Origin: Chloroflexota bacterium
Lineage (GTDB): Bacteria > Chloroflexota > Limnocylindria > QHBO01
Length of the DNA stretch: 45,080 bases
Direction: 5' to 3'
Assembly: GCA_020848055.1 (NCBI GenBank)
Contig: JADLBB010000227.1
Coordinates: forward strand, 1-45,080
Below are positions 19,130 to 29,725 of the stretch, one piece after another (position 1 is the first letter of the stretch; the number at the start of each line of letters is the position of its first letter). Both the position numbers and the translations under genes were made by a program. Below the pieces are notes generated by a model. The model was not told the origin of the DNA. It saw only the letters and a program-made list of their open reading frames with translations, and ran no database searches.

Positions 19130-19833
19130 GCTCGGCCGTCCGCGCGAGCGGCGAGGTGAGCCATGATGTCCGAGGTGACCGCGTCGATCGACTGCCGGCC
19201 GTCGACGCGCACCACCCTCCCCGACCGGTCGTAATGGTCGATCACCTCGAGCATGGGCGGGATCTGGCGCTCGAGCCGGGCCCGGACCACCTCGGGGCGA
19301 TCGTCGTCGCGTTGCACCAGGTCGGTGCCGTCGCGATCGCAACGGCCGGAGGCCGCGGGCGGATCGGTCAGCTCGTGGTACGGCGTACCGCAGGTCGGGC
19401 ACACCCAGCGACCGGCCAGGCGCTCGACCAGCACATCGTCGGGGACCTCGATGTACACGACCGCGTCGATGCGGTCGCCTCGTTCGGCCAGCACGTTGTC
19501 GAGGGCGGCGGCCTGTCCGACGGTGCGCGGGAAGCCATCCAGGATCGCCCCGCGCTCCGCGCTCGGGCGTGACAGCTCGTCCATGAACATCGAGATGGTC
19601 AGCGCATCGGGCACGAGCTCGCCGCGGTCCATGTAGACGCGCGCCCGCGCGCCAAGTTCGGTGCGCGCCGCGATGGCGGCGCGAAACAGGTTGCCCGATG
19701 CCAGGTGCGGAGTCCCCAACTCGACCGCGAGCCGATCGGCCTGGGTGCCCTTGCCGGCACCCGCCGCGCCCATGAGCAGGATGATCCGGCGTTTGCCGCC
19801 GCCCGGTCCGGTGGCGGACCGATCGTCGGTCAC
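19126..19833 (-). CDS. adk: adenylate kinase (zinc-lid type)
   Basis: 235 aa. P-loop GAAGAGKGTQ and lid CPTCG...CDRD. GTG 19833..19831 overlaps the secY TGA. There is a ~15 aa N-terminal extension, so the exact start is uncertain. Confidence 0.93.
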   Translation of the reverse strand: MTDDRSATGPGGGKRRIILLMGAAGAGKGTQADRLAVELGTPHLASGNLFRAAIAARTELGARARVYMDRGELVPDALTISMFMDELSRPSAERGAILDGFPRTVGQAAALDNVLAERGDRIDAVVYIEVPDDVLVERLAGRWVCPTCGTPYHELTDPPAASGRCDRDGTDLVQRDDDRPEVVRARLERQIPPMLEVIDHYDRSGRVVRVDGRQSIDAVTSDIMAHLAARADGRA

Positions 19834-21116
19834 CGCATGAAGCCCTCGTAGTGACGCATCATCATCTGGGCCTCGAGCTGCTTCATGGTCTCGACCACCA
19901 CGCTCACGATGATCAGGATGCTCGTGCCGCCCAGCTGCAGGTTGTTGGTGCCGGGGATGATGGCGGTCACGATGTAGGGCAGGACGGCGATGAACCCGAG
20001 GAACAACGCGCCGCCGAGCGTGATCCGGTTCGTCACGCGCGCCAGGAACTCCTCCGTCGGCTTGCCGGGTCGAATGCCGGGGATGAAGCCGCCGTTCTTG
20101 CGCAGGTAGTCGGCGGTCTGGTCCGGTCGGAACTGGAACGCGGTGTAGAAGTACGTGAAGAACACCACCAGCACGAAGTAGAGCCCGCCGTACAGCAGCA
20201 GGTTGTTTGAGCCGTTGAGGTTCTGGCTGATCCAGGTGGCGGTGTCACGCACCCAGGGAATGTCGCTGGTCGTGAAGTAGGCGGCGATCTGTGCGGGGAA
20301 CAGCAGGATGCTGACCGCGAAGATGATCGGGATCACACCGGCCATCGTCACCTTGAGCGGCAGGTACTGCGTCTGGCCCTGGTACATGCGACGGCCGCGC
20401 ACCCGGCTGGCGTACTGGACCGGGATGCGTCGCTGCCCCTCGTTGATGAACACGATGGCGGCGATGACGACGACGCCGAGGATGATGAACGGGATGATGC
20501 GGGCCAGCCCATCGGGCGCCGACAGGATCGGCCCGATCTGCTGTGGGATGCTGCCCACGATGCCGGCGAAGATGATGAAGCTGATGCCGTTGCCCAGGCC
20601 GCGTTCGCTGATGAGCTCGCCGAGCCACATGAGCAGGATCGTCCCGGCCGTGAAGCTGAGCAGCAGGCTGATCGTCTCGATGCTGAACAGGTCGTTGGCC
20701 GGGATGACCCCGTTGGCGCTCAGCAGGACGCTGATGCCGTAACCCTGTGCCAGCGCGAGCGGGATGGTGAGCACGCGCGTGTACTGGTTGATCTTGTTGC
20801 GCCCGTACTCGCCCTCGCGGCTCAGCTCCTCGAGCGACGGGATGACGCCGCGCATCAGCTGCATGATGATGCTGGCGTTGATGTACGGGTTGACGCCGAG
20901 GCCGATGATCGAGGCCGCCGCCAGGCCGCCGCCCGAGAAGATGTTCAAGATTCCGAGCAGCGGGTTGTCGGTGAACAGGTTCGTCAGAGCTGCCGTGTTG
21001 ACGTTCGGGATGGGCACGTTGGTCAGCGCCCGGAAGATCAGCAGGATCCCGAGCGTGAACAGCAGCTTGCGCCGGATGTCCGGCGCACGGAAGGCGGTGA
21101 CGACCGTCTCGATCAA
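19830..21116 (-). CDS. secY: preprotein translocase subunit SecY
   Basis: 428 aa polytopic protein with a canonical SecY N-terminus (...DIRRKLLFTLGILLIFR...). Confidence 0.97.
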   Translation of the reverse strand: MIETVVTAFRAPDIRRKLLFTLGILLIFRALTNVPIPNVNTAALTNLFTDNPLLGILNIFSGGGLAAASIIGLGVNPYINASIIMQLMRGVIPSLEELSREGEYGRNKINQYTRVLTIPLALAQGYGISVLLSANGVIPANDLFSIETISLLLSFTAGTILLMWLGELISERGLGNGISFIIFAGIVGSIPQQIGPILSAPDGLARIIPFIILGVVVIAAIVFINEGQRRIPVQYASRVRGRRMYQGQTQYLPLKVTMAGVIPIIFAVSILLFPAQIAAYFTTSDIPWVRDTATWISQNLNGSNNLLLYGGLYFVLVVFFTYFYTAFQFRPDQTADYLRKNGGFIPGIRPGKPTEEFLARVTNRITLGGALFLGFIAVLPYIVTAIIPGTNNLQLGGTSILIIVSVVVETMKQLEAQMMMRHYEGFMR

Positions 21117-21130
21117 GGTTCGGTCTCGCT

Positions 21131-21709
21131 CTAGTTGTCGGTGGCGGGCTCGACGGCCCCGGCCTTCTCCGCCGCTGCCGAATCACCCGTGGCCGCCTGG
21201 CCCTCGTCGCGGCGGCGCCGCTTCGGAACGGGCAGCAGCTCGTCGAGCGGGGCGTTATCCGGCCAGCTCAGGCGTTGCGGCGTGCTGCCGGCCGCGGCCA
21301 GCTTGTCGAGCGCGCTCTTGCTGAAGGCGTGGGCGTGGATGGTGATCCCGGCCGGCGCCTCACCGACGCCGAGGATCTTGATCGGCGTCCGCGTGTCGCC
21401 GATGAGGCCGTCGTGGGCCAGCACGTCTGGCGTGACGAGCGTGCCCGCCTCCAGCGAACCCAGGCGGCCCAGGTTGACCGGGACGTACTCGACCCGGCCA
21501 CGGTTGCGGAAGCCGTGCAGCTTCGGGGTGCGGACGTGAAGCGGCGTCTGGCCGCCCTCGAACCAGGCCGGCAGGTTGCCGCCGGCGCGAGCCTTCTGGC
21601 CCTTCGTCCCGCGGCCGGCCGTCTTGCCGCGTCCGGAGCCGTGGCCGCGCCCGACGCGACGCGACGGCTTGCGAGAGCCGGGGGTCGGGTGCAGATCATG
21701 GAGCTTCAC
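21131..21709 (-). CDS. rplO: 50S ribosomal protein L15 (with ~45 aa C-terminal tail)
   Basis: 192 aa. [31 protein letters not shown]. Confidence 0.96.
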   Translation of the reverse strand: MKLHDLHPTPGSRKPSRRVGRGHGSGRGKTAGRGTKGQKARAGGNLPAWFEGGQTPLHVRTPKLHGFRNRGRVEYVPVNLGRLGSLEAGTLVTPDVLAHDGLIGDTRTPIKILGVGEAPAGITIHAHAFSKSALDKLAAAGSTPQRLSWPDNAPLDELLPVPKRRRRDEGQAATGDSAAAEKAGAVEPATDN

Positions 21710-21933
21710 TGCTTCTCCTCGTTGGTGGCCGGCGCATCCGACTGCTCGGCGACCTCGACCAGGAATGCGACGCGACGGATCATGCCGCGCGTCATGGGCG
21801 TGTCGGCCACCTCGACCGACTGGTTGAGCCGATGCAGCCCGAGCGCGCGGATCGTGCCCCGCGCACCCGCGCGATGACCGATGGTGGAGCGGACCCAGGT
21901 GACCTTGATGGTGCGCGGCGCGTCAGCGGTCAC
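21706..21933 (-). CDS. rpmD: 50S ribosomal protein L30
   Basis: 75 aa. GTG start at 21933, preceded by GGAGG with 5-nt spacing. [12 protein letters not shown].... Confidence 0.93.
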   Translation of the reverse strand: MTADAPRTIKVTWVRSTIGHRAGARGTIRALGLHRLNQSVEVADTPMTRGMIRRVAFLVEVAEQSDAPATNEEKQ

Positions 21934-22513
21934 GGCGACCTCCCGGGCCGGCGTTCATCGGCTCGCGTCGCTCCGGGACCTCGTGCGGCGTGCGCGCCAG
22001 CTCCGCGCCGCGCTTGCCGAGCAGTTGCTCGGCGCTTCGTCCACGGAGCGCGGCGATCGCATCGGCCGAGCGCAGTGCGGCGAGGCACTCGATGGTGGCG
22101 CGCACCACGTTGATCGGGTTGGTAGAACCCTGGGCCTTGCTCAGCAGGTCCCGGATGCCGGCCACCTCGACCACCGAGCGGACCGAGCCACCGGCGATGA
22201 CGCCGGTACCGGCGCTGGCCGGCTTGAGCATGACCCGCGCCGCGCCGTAATGGCGATGGACCTCGTGCGGGATGGTGGATCCAACCAGCGGCACCTTGAT
22301 CAGGTGCTTCTTGGCGTCCTCGACGCCCTTGCGAATCGCCTCGGGCACCTCGCCGGCCTTGCCGATGCCGGCCCCGACCGTGCCATTCCCGTCGCCAACG
22401 ACCACGACCGCGCTGAAGCTGAAGCGGCGCCCGCCCTGGACGACCTTCGCGACGCGGTTGATCTGGACGACCTTCTCCTCCAGGTTGAGCTTGGACGGAT
22501 CGATCCGTGCCAT
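21923..22513 (-). CDS. rpsE: 30S ribosomal protein S5 (C-terminal ~30 aa tail)
   Basis: 196 aa. [42 protein letters not shown]. Confidence 0.97.
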   Translation of the reverse strand: MARIDPSKLNLEEKVVQINRVAKVVQGGRRFSFSAVVVVGDGNGTVGAGIGKAGEVPEAIRKGVEDAKKHLIKVPLVGSTIPHEVHRHYGAARVMLKPASAGTGVIAGGSVRSVVEVAGIRDLLSKAQGSTNPINVVRATIECLAALRSADAIAALRGRSAEQLLGKRGAELARTPHEVPERREPMNAGPGGRRDR

Positions 22514-22531
22514 GTGCGTGTCTCCTCTCGC

Positions 22532-22885
22532 CTACAGGTTGAGGCCGCCCTCGCGGGCGCCCTCAGCGAGCGAGCGGACCCGCCCGTGGTACTGGTAGCC
22601 ACCCCGATCGAGCACGACGGCCGTCACGCCCGCCGCCCTGGCCCGCTCGGCGATGGCAAGGCCCACGGACCGCGCGACGTCCACCTTGGTCGCCCCGTCG
22701 AGCCCGCTCTCGCGGCTCGATGCGGCGGCCAGCGTCCGGCCGGTCTGGTCGTCGATGACCTGGGCATAGATGAACTTCGCGCTGCGGAAGACCGACAGGC
22801 GCGGGCGCTCCGCGCTGCCGCTGACGCGCAGGCGCAGGCGCTCGTGTCGCTTGCGACGCAGGGCGTCGCGTGATGGGTTCGTCAT
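22532..22885 (-). CDS. rplR: 50S ribosomal protein L18
   Basis: Track ORF trimmed to the ATG at 22885..22883 ([18 protein letters not shown]...[18 protein letters not shown]). 117 aa. Confidence 0.96.
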   Translation of the reverse strand: MTNPSRDALRRKRHERLRLRVSGSAERPRLSVFRSAKFIYAQVIDDQTGRTLAAASSRESGLDGATKVDVARSVGLAIAERARAAGVTAVVLDRGGYQYHGRVRSLAEGAREGGLNL

Positions 22886-22892
22886 CGGTGCA

Positions 22893-23441
22893 TCAGCCTC
22901 CGCCGACCTTGCCGGCCTTGCCCGCCTTGCGCAGGATCTTCTCGCCGGCGTAGCGAATGCCCTTGCCCTTGTACGGCTCGGGCTTGCGGCGGGAACGGAT
23001 GTCCGCGGCCACTTGGCCGACCAGCTCCTTGTCGGCGCCGAACACGCCGATGCGGGTCGGGTTCTCCACGCGGAACTCGATTCCGGCCGGAGGATCGATC
23101 TCCACCGGGTGCGAGTAGCCCAGAGCCAGGACCAGCTTGCTGCCCTGGAGCGCAGCACGGTAGCCGACCCCGCTGATCTCCAGGTTCCTGGTGAAGCCGG
23201 TCGTCACCCCGACGACCATGTTGTTGACCAGCGTGCGGGTCAGGCCGTGCAGCGAACGATGGCGCGGCTCGTCCGATGGCCGGACCACGCGCAGTTGGCC
23301 GTCCTCGCGCTCCAGGGCCATGTCGGCGTGCAGGTCGCGCTCGAGCGTGCCGAGCGGGCCGCGGACCGTCAGGCGGTTGCCCTGGTGGCTCACCTCCACT
23401 CCGGTCGGGAGCGGAATCGGCATGCGTCCGATTCGAGACAT
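22893..23441 (-). CDS. rplF: 50S ribosomal protein L6
   Basis: 182 aa. [17 protein letters not shown].... Confidence 0.97.
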   Translation of the reverse strand: MSRIGRMPIPLPTGVEVSHQGNRLTVRGPLGTLERDLHADMALEREDGQLRVVRPSDEPRHRSLHGLTRTLVNNMVVGVTTGFTRNLEISGVGYRAALQGSKLVLALGYSHPVEIDPPAGIEFRVENPTRIGVFGADKELVGQVAADIRSRRKPEPYKGKGIRYAGEKILRKAGKAGKVGGG

Positions 23442-23453
23442 GTCAGTTGCTCC

Positions 23454-23852
23454 TTACCAGACGTAGCACAGGACCTCGCCACCGAGGTTCTGCTTCCGTG
23501 CATCGCTGCCGGTCATGATCCCGTGGGAGGTGGACAGGATGGCCAGGCCCAGGCCGCCGAGGACGCGCGGGATCTCCGTCTTGCGCGCGTACACCCGCAG
23601 TCCTGGCTTGCTGATTCGCTTCAGGCCGGACACGACCGGCGTCCGCCCCTCGACGTACTTGAGGCGCAGGGTCAGCGCCTCTCCGACGCCATCGGGCGTC
23701 GCAGAGAAGCTCTCGATGAAGCCCTCCTCGGCCAGGATCCGCGCGATCTCGCGCTTGATCCGCGACGAAGGCAGCGTCAGTTCCCTGTGCCGGGCCATGC
23801 TGGCGTTGCGGATGCGCGTCAGCATGTCGGCGATCGGATCGGTCACGTTCAT
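23454..23852 (-). CDS. rpsH: 30S ribosomal protein S8
   Basis: 132 aa. [13 protein letters not shown].... Confidence 0.97.
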   Translation of the reverse strand: MNVTDPIADMLTRIRNASMARHRELTLPSSRIKREIARILAEEGFIESFSATPDGVGEALTLRLKYVEGRTPVVSGLKRISKPGLRVYARKTEIPRVLGGLGLAILSTSHGIMTGSDARKQNLGGEVLCYVW

Positions 23853-23949
23853 GTGGTCTTCGTTCTTCTCCTCGGCGGTGGTTCGCCCCGCGGGGCGCCT
23901 GCCGCTGATGATGGCCGCGACGACGCGGCCGTTGGTCGGTGAGCGGTGC

Positions 23950-24135
23950 CTACCAGCTCGACTTGGTCACCCCCGGCAGCTGGCCCAGCAGGGCGCGCTC
24001 CCGGAAGCAGATGCGGCACATCGCGAAGCGACGCATGTAGCCGCGTGGACGGCCGCACACCTGGCAGCGGTTGTGGTCGCGTACCTCGAAGCGCGCCCCG
24101 CGCTTCGCCTTGGCGATCATCGACTTCTTTGCCAC
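23950..24135 (-). CDS. rpsN: 30S ribosomal protein S14, type Z (zinc-binding, 61 aa)
   Basis: [12 protein letters not shown]... with [20 protein letters not shown] (CxxC...CxxC). Confidence 0.97.
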   Translation of the reverse strand: MAKKSMIAKAKRGARFEVRDHNRCQVCGRPRGYMRRFAMCRICFRERALLGQLPGVTKSSW

Positions 24136-24145
24136 GTGGCTCTCC

Positions 24146-24865
24146 CTAGTTCTTCTGGAACGGCATGCCGAGGAGCTCCAGGAGCTTGCGCCCCTCCTCG
24201 TCGGTGCGTGCCGTGGTCACGATGCTGATCTCGAGGCCGCGGAGGCGATCGATCTTGTCGTAATCGATCTCGGGGTAGACCAACTGCTCCCGCAGGCCGA
24301 GGCTGAAGTTGCCGCGGCCGTCGAACGAGCGGGTCGGTATGCCGCGGAAGTCCCGGATGCGGGGCAGTGCCAGCGCCATGGTCCGCTCCAGGAAGTCGTA
24401 CATGCGCTGGCCGCGCAGCGTCACCTTGGCGCCGATCGGCATCCCGGTGCGCAGGCGGAACTGCGCGATGCTGCGCGTGGCACGCGTCACGATCGGCTTC
24501 TGGCCGGTGATGGTGGCCAGATCGCCGACGGCGGCGTCGAGCGCCTTGGCGTTGGCGATCGCCTCTCCGAGGCCGATGTTGACCACGACCTTGCTTACAC
24601 GCGGGATCTGCATCGGGTTGCTGTAGTCGAACTCGCGCTGCAACGCCGGGACGACCTCGTCACGGTACCGGCGTCGCAACCCACCGACCTCGGGGGCCGG
24701 ATGCCGGCCCGGTCCACCGGTGCGGCCATTGGCCTTCTCCGCCCTGCCGCGTGCGCCCTTGCGGGCTGGTGCGGCCTCCTTGGCGGCGGCCGTTACCGTC
24801 GCCTCGGCGGGGGTCCGTGCCGCACTGCTGCGCCGGCGCGCCGGCTTGGTCTCGTCTGGGCTCAC
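24146..24865 (-). CDS. rplE: 50S ribosomal protein L5 (long form, ~62 aa basic N-terminal extension; alternative TTG start at 24679)
   Basis: Conserved core is [37 protein letters not shown].... GTG 24865..24863 overlaps the rplX TGA (GTGA). An in-frame TTG at 24679, preceded by GAGG, would give a canonical 177 aa protein. Confidence 0.9.
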   Translation of the reverse strand: MSPDETKPARRRSSAARTPAEATVTAAAKEAAPARKGARGRAEKANGRTGGPGRHPAPEVGGLRRRYRDEVVPALQREFDYSNPMQIPRVSKVVVNIGLGEAIANAKALDAAVGDLATITGQKPIVTRATRSIAQFRLRTGMPIGAKVTLRGQRMYDFLERTMALALPRIRDFRGIPTRSFDGRGNFSLGLREQLVYPEIDYDKIDRLRGLEISIVTTARTDEEGRKLLELLGMPFQKN

Positions 24866-25197
24866 TTGCCGCTCACCTCGATCTGCTCGCCGCAGCGCCG
24901 GCAGACGCGCGTGCTGCGCGCGTGCTCCCCCTCGAGCCGGCCGTGCCCGACGCGGGTCGGCCGGTTGCAGCTGGGGCAGACGACCTGCACGTTGCTGATG
25001 TGCAGCGGGACCGGGATGTCCAGGATCCCGGCCGACTGCGTTCGCGACCGCGCCTTCTGGTGGCGCTTGGCCATGTTGATGCCACCGACCACGACCCCGT
25101 AGCCGCGCTTGGTCTTCTCGACCCGGTCCACGGTCCCACGCTTGCCGGCGTCCTTGCCGGTCAGCACCAGCACCGTGTCTCCCTTGCGGACGTCCAT
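24862..25197 (-). CDS. rplX: 50S ribosomal protein L24 (KOW plus C-terminal Cys4 zinc ribbon)
   Basis: Track ORF trimmed to the ATG at 25197..25195 ([22 protein letters not shown]). 111 aa with CPSC...CRRC. Confidence 0.96.
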   Translation of the reverse strand: MDVRKGDTVLVLTGKDAGKRGTVDRVEKTKRGYGVVVGGINMAKRHQKARSRTQSAGILDIPVPLHISNVQVVCPSCNRPTRVGHGRLEGEHARSTRVCRRCGEQIEVSGK

Positions 25198-25565
25198 CAC
25201 AGCACCTCCGGCGCGAGCGACACGATCTTCATGTAGTTGCGCTCGCGCAGCTCGCGCGCCACCGGGCCGAAGATGCGCGTTCCGCGCGGGCTGCCCTGTG
25301 GCGTGATCAGCACGGCCGCGTTCTCGTCGAAGCGGATGTGGCTGCCGTCCGGGCGGCCGTACTCCTTGGTGGTGCGGACCACCACGGCGCGCACGACATC
25401 GCCCTTCTTGACTCCCGAGTTGGGCAGCGCCTGCTTGACCGACGCGACGATGACGTCGCCGACCTCGGCGGTGTCGGACGTCGAACGGCCCAGCACGGTG
25501 ATGCACTGTAGCGTCCGCGCGCCGGAGTTATCGGCAACGCGCAGCCTGCTGTACTGGCGGATCAC
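25197..25565 (-). CDS. rplN: 50S ribosomal protein L14
   Basis: 122 aa. [17 protein letters not shown].... Confidence 0.97.
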   Translation of the reverse strand: MIRQYSRLRVADNSGARTLQCITVLGRSTSDTAEVGDVIVASVKQALPNSGVKKGDVVRAVVVRTTKEYGRPDGSHIRFDENAAVLITPQGSPRGTRIFGPVARELRERNYMKIVSLAPEVL

Positions 25566-25855
25566 TCGGCGCCCTCCGCCGGTTCGATCAGCTGCTCGCC
25601 GGCGCCGCGAGACAGGATCTCGACGACCGTCCAGCGCTTCTCGCGCGACAGCGGGCGGCTCTCCACGATGCGCACCGTGTCGCCGACCCTGGCGGCGTTG
25701 TCAGCGTCGTGCGCCTTGAACTTGGTGCTGAGGCGAACCACGCGCTTGTACACCGGGTGTCGGCGCAGGCGCTCCACGCTGACCACGACGGTCTTGTCCA
25801 TCTTGTCGGACACCACGCGTCCGACCTTGCTGCGTTTCGTATCGGTTCCGCTCAT
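25562..25855 (-). CDS. rpsQ: 30S ribosomal protein S17
   Basis: Track ORF trimmed to the ATG at 25855..25853 ([25 protein letters not shown]...). 97 aa. Confidence 0.96.
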   Translation of the reverse strand: MSGTDTKRSKVGRVVSDKMDKTVVVSVERLRRHPVYKRVVRLSTKFKAHDADNAARVGDTVRIVESRPLSREKRWTVVEILSRGAGEQLIEPAEGAE

Positions 25856-26082
25856 CAGCTGGCCTTCTCGGCGGCGGCAGCCGCAAGCTCGGCGGCGTGC
25901 TGGCGCTCGGTCATCACGGTCAGGATGCGGGCGATGTGCTTGCGGGTCGCCGGCAGCCTGCTGTAGTTGCTCTCCTGTCGGGTGGCGAGGTCGAAGCGGA
26001 TCTTCCACAGCTCCTGCTTCGCGTCACGCAGAGCGCCCTCCAGGTCCTTGTCGGACAGGGCTCGCACCTCACTGATGTCCAA
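25855..26082 (-). CDS. rpmC: 50S ribosomal protein L29
   Basis: C-terminal part of track ORF 25855..26316. I place the start at the TTG at 26082..26080, preceded by AAGGAGGG with 9-nt spacing. The product is (M)[35 protein letters not shown].... Confidence 0.9.
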   Translation of the reverse strand: MDISEVRALSDKDLEGALRDAKQELWKIRFDLATRQESNYSRLPATRKHIARILTVMTERQHAAELAAAAAEKAS

Positions 26083-26497
26083 GGTCGAGGCCCTCCTTGG
26101 CGACGAACTTCGTGTTGATCGGCAGCTTGTGACTGGCGAGGCGCATCGCCTCGCGCGCGATCGGCTCCGAGACGCCGGACATCTCGAACATGACGCGCCC
26201 GGGCTTGACGACCGCGACCCAGTGGTCGGGGGCGCCCTTGCCGGAACCCATGCGCACCTCGGCCGGCTTCTTGGTGACCGGCTTGTCGGGGAAGACGCGG
26301 ATCCAGATGCGGCCACCGCGCTTGATGTGGTGGGTCATGGCGCGTCGCGCCGCCTCGATCTGGCGGCTGGTCAGCCAGCAGACCTCCTCGGCCATCAGGC
26401 CGTAGTCGCCGAAGCTCACGGCCGTCCCGCCCTTGGCCAGGCCGGCCCGGCGGCCGCGCTGGACCTTGCGGTGCTTGACGCGCTTGGGCATCAACAT
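26069..26497 (-). CDS. rplP: 50S ribosomal protein L16
   Basis: 142 aa. [16 protein letters not shown].... Confidence 0.97.
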   Translation of the reverse strand: MLMPKRVKHRKVQRGRRAGLAKGGTAVSFGDYGLMAEEVCWLTSRQIEAARRAMTHHIKRGGRIWIRVFPDKPVTKKPAEVRMGSGKGAPDHWVAVVKPGRVMFEMSGVSEPIAREAMRLASHKLPINTKFVAKEGLDLGHQ

Positions 26498-26499
26498 GA

Positions 26500-27315
26500 T
26501 CAGGCCTCCTCCGGCTCAGCTCGCGGCGGCTCGGGCGCCACGACCGCTCCGACCACCGGCTGGGCTGCCTCGATCGCCGTCGCGGCCTGCGGCTCGGATG
26601 CCGCGCCAGTCGTGCGGCGGCGTGCGCGCGTGGGGGCGGCGGCAGCCCGTCGCGCGGCGCGCGGCTCGGTTCGAGCGCTACCGGGCTGATCGCCGAGTTG
26701 CTCGCCACGGTAGACCCACGCCTTGACGCCGATGCGTCCGTAGGTGGTGTGCGCGTGAACGACGCCGTAGCTGATGTCGGCGCGCAGCGTCCCGAGCGGG
26801 ATGCGGCCCTCCTTGTCCCACTCGGTGCGGCTCATCTCGGACCCACCGAGGCGCCCGGACACCTGGATCTTGACGCCCTTGGCACCGGCCTTGATGGTGC
26901 GCTGGATCGACTGCTTGATCGCCTTGCGGAACGCGATGCGCCGCTCCAGCTGTCCGGCCACGTTCTGGGCCAGCAGCATGCCGTCGAGCTCGGGCTGCAG
27001 GATCTCCTTGATCTCGAGCTTGACCTTCTTGTCGGTCAGCTTGCCGATGTTCGTGCGCAGGGCCTCGACGTTGGCGCCGCCCTTGCCGATGACGATCCCC
27101 GGCTTGGCCGTGTGGACCGTGACGGTCACGTGGTTGATGCCACGCTCGATCTCGACCTGGCTGACGCTCGCGTTCGACAGCTGCCTCGCGACCAGCTCCC
27201 GGATCCGCATGTCCTCCTGGAGCAGCGGGGCGTAGTCGCGATCCGCGTACCACTTCGCCAGCCAGGGCTTGATGATGCCGATGCGGAAGCCGTAGGGATG
27301 GACCTTGTGAGCCAT
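26500..27315 (-). CDS. rpsC: 30S ribosomal protein S3 (with ~68 aa Ala/Arg/Pro-rich C-terminal tail)
   Basis: 271 aa. [18 protein letters not shown]... Confidence 0.97.
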   Translation of the reverse strand: MAHKVHPYGFRIGIIKPWLAKWYADRDYAPLLQEDMRIRELVARQLSNASVSQVEIERGINHVTVTVHTAKPGIVIGKGGANVEALRTNIGKLTDKKVKLEIKEILQPELDGMLLAQNVAGQLERRIAFRKAIKQSIQRTIKAGAKGVKIQVSGRLGGSEMSRTEWDKEGRIPLGTLRADISYGVVHAHTTYGRIGVKAWVYRGEQLGDQPGSARTEPRAARRAAAAPTRARRRTTGAASEPQAATAIEAAQPVVGAVVAPEPPRAEPEEA

Positions 27316-27317
27316 GC

Positions 27318-27659
27318 TTACGCCTCCTCTCGATCAGCCACGGCGACGGTGATGTGGCTGGTGCGCTTGAGTACCTGGAAGTAGCGACCCTGTGCCCGCG
27401 GACGCCCGCGCTTCAGGGTGGGTCCCTCGTTGGCCACGGCGCTCACCACGCGCAGCTCATCGGCCGACAGGTTGTAGTTGTTCTCGGCGTTGGCCGTGGC
27501 GCTCTTGAGCACCTTGGCCACGTCGCGGGCCGCGGCGTTGGGCAGGAAGCGCAGGATGGCCGCTGCCTCCTCGACCGGCTTGCCGGCGATGAGATCGGTC
27601 ACCAGGCGCACCTTGCGTGGACTGATGCGGATGTGCTTGGCGGTGGCGCTGACTCGCAT
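27318..27659 (-). CDS. rplV: 50S ribosomal protein L22
   Basis: 113 aa. ...[19 protein letters not shown].... Confidence 0.97.
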   Translation of the reverse strand: MRVSATAKHIRISPRKVRLVTDLIAGKPVEEAAAILRFLPNAAARDVAKVLKSATANAENNYNLSADELRVVSAVANEGPTLKRGRPRAQGRYFQVLKRTSHITVAVADREEA

Positions 27660-27668
27660 GGACCCTTC

Positions 27669-27956
27669 CTACTTCAGCGCCGTCGAGCGCTCGGTGGCTC
27701 GCCCGCCGTGCCCGCGGTAGGTGCGGGTTGGCGCGAACTCGCCGAGACGATGCCCGACCATGTTCTCGGTGATGAAGACCGGCACGTGGCGCCGACCGTC
27801 ATGCACTGCGATCGTGTGACCGATCATCTGCGGGAAGATCACGCTGGCGCGCGACCAGGTCTTGAGCACCTTGCGCTCGCTGCGCTTGTTCATGTCGTCG
27901 ATGCGGCCGAGCAGGCGCGCGTCGACGAATGGTCCCTTCTTGACAGAACGACTCAT
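27669..27956 (-). CDS. rpsS: 30S ribosomal protein S19
   Basis: Track ORF trimmed to the ATG at 27956..27954 ([12 protein letters not shown]...). 95 aa. Confidence 0.97.
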   Translation of the reverse strand: MSRSVKKGPFVDARLLGRIDDMNKRSERKVLKTWSRASVIFPQMIGHTIAVHDGRRHVPVFITENMVGHRLGEFAPTRTYRGHGGRATERSTALK

Positions 27957-27967
27957 CTGGCGACTCC

Positions 27968-28801
27968 CTAACCCCGACCGTACCGGCGCCGGACGATCAG
28001 CTTGCTGCTCTTGTTCTTGCGGGTTCGCGTGCGCAGGCCCATGGCAGGCTTGCCCCACTTGGTCTTGGGAGCCATGCCGGTGGGCTGCTTGCCCTCGCCT
28101 CCACCATGCGGATGGTCGCGGGGGTTCATGGCCGACCCGCGCACGGTCGGCCGCTTGCCCATGTGGCGCGAACGACCAGCCTTGCCGATCTTCTGGTTCT
28201 CGTGATCGAGGTTGCTGACCTGTCCCACCGTGGCCATGCACTCGATCCTCACGCGCCGGACCTCGCCCGAGGGCAGGCGGATCGTGGCGTGGTCGCCCTC
28301 CTTGGCCAGCAGCTGGGCGCTGGCGCCGGCGCTGCGCACGATCTGCCCACCACGGCCGGCGACGAGCTCGATGTTGTGAATCTGCGTGCCCAGCGGGATG
28401 CGCGACAGCGGCAGCGCGTTGCCGGTGCGAGCCTCGACGTCGGAGCCGGAGATGACGGTGTCGCCCACGCCCAGGCCGTGCGGCAGCAGCATGTAGCGCT
28501 TGTCGCCGTCGGCGTAGTGCAGCAGTCCGATGCGCGCCGATCGATTCGGGTCGTATTCGACCGTGGCGATCCGCGCGGGGACGCCGGACTTGTCGCGCTT
28601 CCAGTCGATGACGCGGTACAGGCGCTTGTGGCCCGAGCCCTGGTGGCGCACCGTCAACTTGCCCTGGCTGTTGCGCCCGGCACGACGCACCAGCCGTTCG
28701 GTGAGCGGCTTGTGCGGCACATCGGCGGTGACCTCCTCGAACGTCGAGCGGGTCATCTCGCGCAGGCCGGGCGAGGTGGGTCGGTAACTGCGAAGTGGCA
28801 T
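27968..28801 (-). CDS. rplB: 50S ribosomal protein L2
   Basis: Track ORF trimmed to the ATG at 28801..28799 ([14 protein letters not shown]...). 277 aa with the conserved [17 protein letters not shown]. Confidence 0.97.
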   Translation of the reverse strand: MPLRSYRPTSPGLREMTRSTFEEVTADVPHKPLTERLVRRAGRNSQGKLTVRHQGSGHKRLYRVIDWKRDKSGVPARIATVEYDPNRSARIGLLHYADGDKRYMLLPHGLGVGDTVISGSDVEARTGNALPLSRIPLGTQIHNIELVAGRGGQIVRSAGASAQLLAKEGDHATIRLPSGEVRRVRIECMATVGQVSNLDHENQKIGKAGRSRHMGKRPTVRGSAMNPRDHPHGGGEGKQPTGMAPKTKWGKPAMGLRTRTRKNKSSKLIVRRRYGRG

Positions 28802-28803
28802 GA

Positions 28804-29100
28804 CTAGACGGCCTCGAACAGTTCGATCTTGTCGCCCGGCGCGATCGTCACCACGGCCTTCTTCCAGCCGGGGACGATGCCGAGATTGCGGCGACCGCGC
28901 CGCTTCTGCTTGGGCCGCACGCTCACGACGCGCACGCCGAGGACGGTCACCTTGAACTCGGCCTCGACCGCGGCCTTGATGCGAAGCTTGTTCGCGTCGC
29001 GCGCCACGGCGAAGGTGTAGTTGTTGCGCTCGGCCTCCATGGTGCTCTTCTCGCTGATCACCGGGCGCAGCAGGACGTCGTGCAGGCTGGCGGCGGTCAC
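28804..29100 (-). CDS. rplW: 50S ribosomal protein L23
   Basis: Track ORF trimmed to the GTG at 29100..29098, which overlaps the rplD TGA and has GGAGG 7 nt upstream. ...[11 protein letters not shown]... 98 aa. Confidence 0.95.
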   Translation of the reverse strand: MTAASLHDVLLRPVISEKSTMEAERNNYTFAVARDANKLRIKAAVEAEFKVTVLGVRVVSVRPKQKRRGRRNLGIVPGWKKAVVTIAPGDKIELFEAV

Positions 29101-29720
29101 GCGTACACCTCCTGCGCGCGATCGAGCGCCTTGCTGGTGAACACGACGGTGTCGGCCTCCAGCAGGTCCACCACGTTGAGGCTGTCGGCCAGGATGACGC
29201 GGACCTCGCGCAGGTTGCGGCACGATCGCTCGACCCGCTCGTCGCGCTCGGCGAGCACCAGCAGCACCTTCCCGGACGCGCGCCAGGCGCCGAGTCGCTC
29301 GAGCATGGCACGGGTCTTGATCTCGGCCAGCTCGATGTCCTCGACGACGCGCAGCGCCCCGTCGGCGCGCTTGGCGCTCAGGACGCCGCGCAGCGCGCTG
29401 CGTCGCATCTTGGCCGGCATTCGCTGCTCGTAGGTGCGCGGGTGCGGGCCGAACACGACGCCACCCCCCGTCCAGTGCGGAGCGGTGCGCGAGCCCTGTC
29501 GGGCGCGGCCGGTGCCCTTCTGGCGCCACGGCTTGCGGCCTCCGCCGGCGACGTCGCCACGCGTCAGCGTGTTAGAGGTGCCGAGCCGCCGTCCGGCCAT
29601 CTGGCGCACCACCGCCTGGTGGATGAGCGAGGTGTTGATCGGCGCATCGAACAGCGAGGCCGCCAGCTCAACCGAGCCGGACTCGGCGCCTTCGGATGTG
29701 AGGAGTGGAGTCGATGGCAT
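29097..29720 (-). CDS. rplD: 50S ribosomal protein L4
   Basis: 207 aa. ...[19 protein letters not shown].... Confidence 0.97.
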   Translation of the reverse strand: MPSTPLLTSEGAESGSVELAASLFDAPINTSLIHQAVVRQMAGRRLGTSNTLTRGDVAGGGRKPWRQKGTGRARQGSRTAPHWTGGGVVFGPHPRTYEQRMPAKMRRSALRGVLSAKRADGALRVVEDIELAEIKTRAMLERLGAWRASGKVLLVLAERDERVERSCRNLREVRVILADSLNVVDLLEADTVVFTSKALDRAQEVYA

Positions 29721-29725
29721 GCGTT

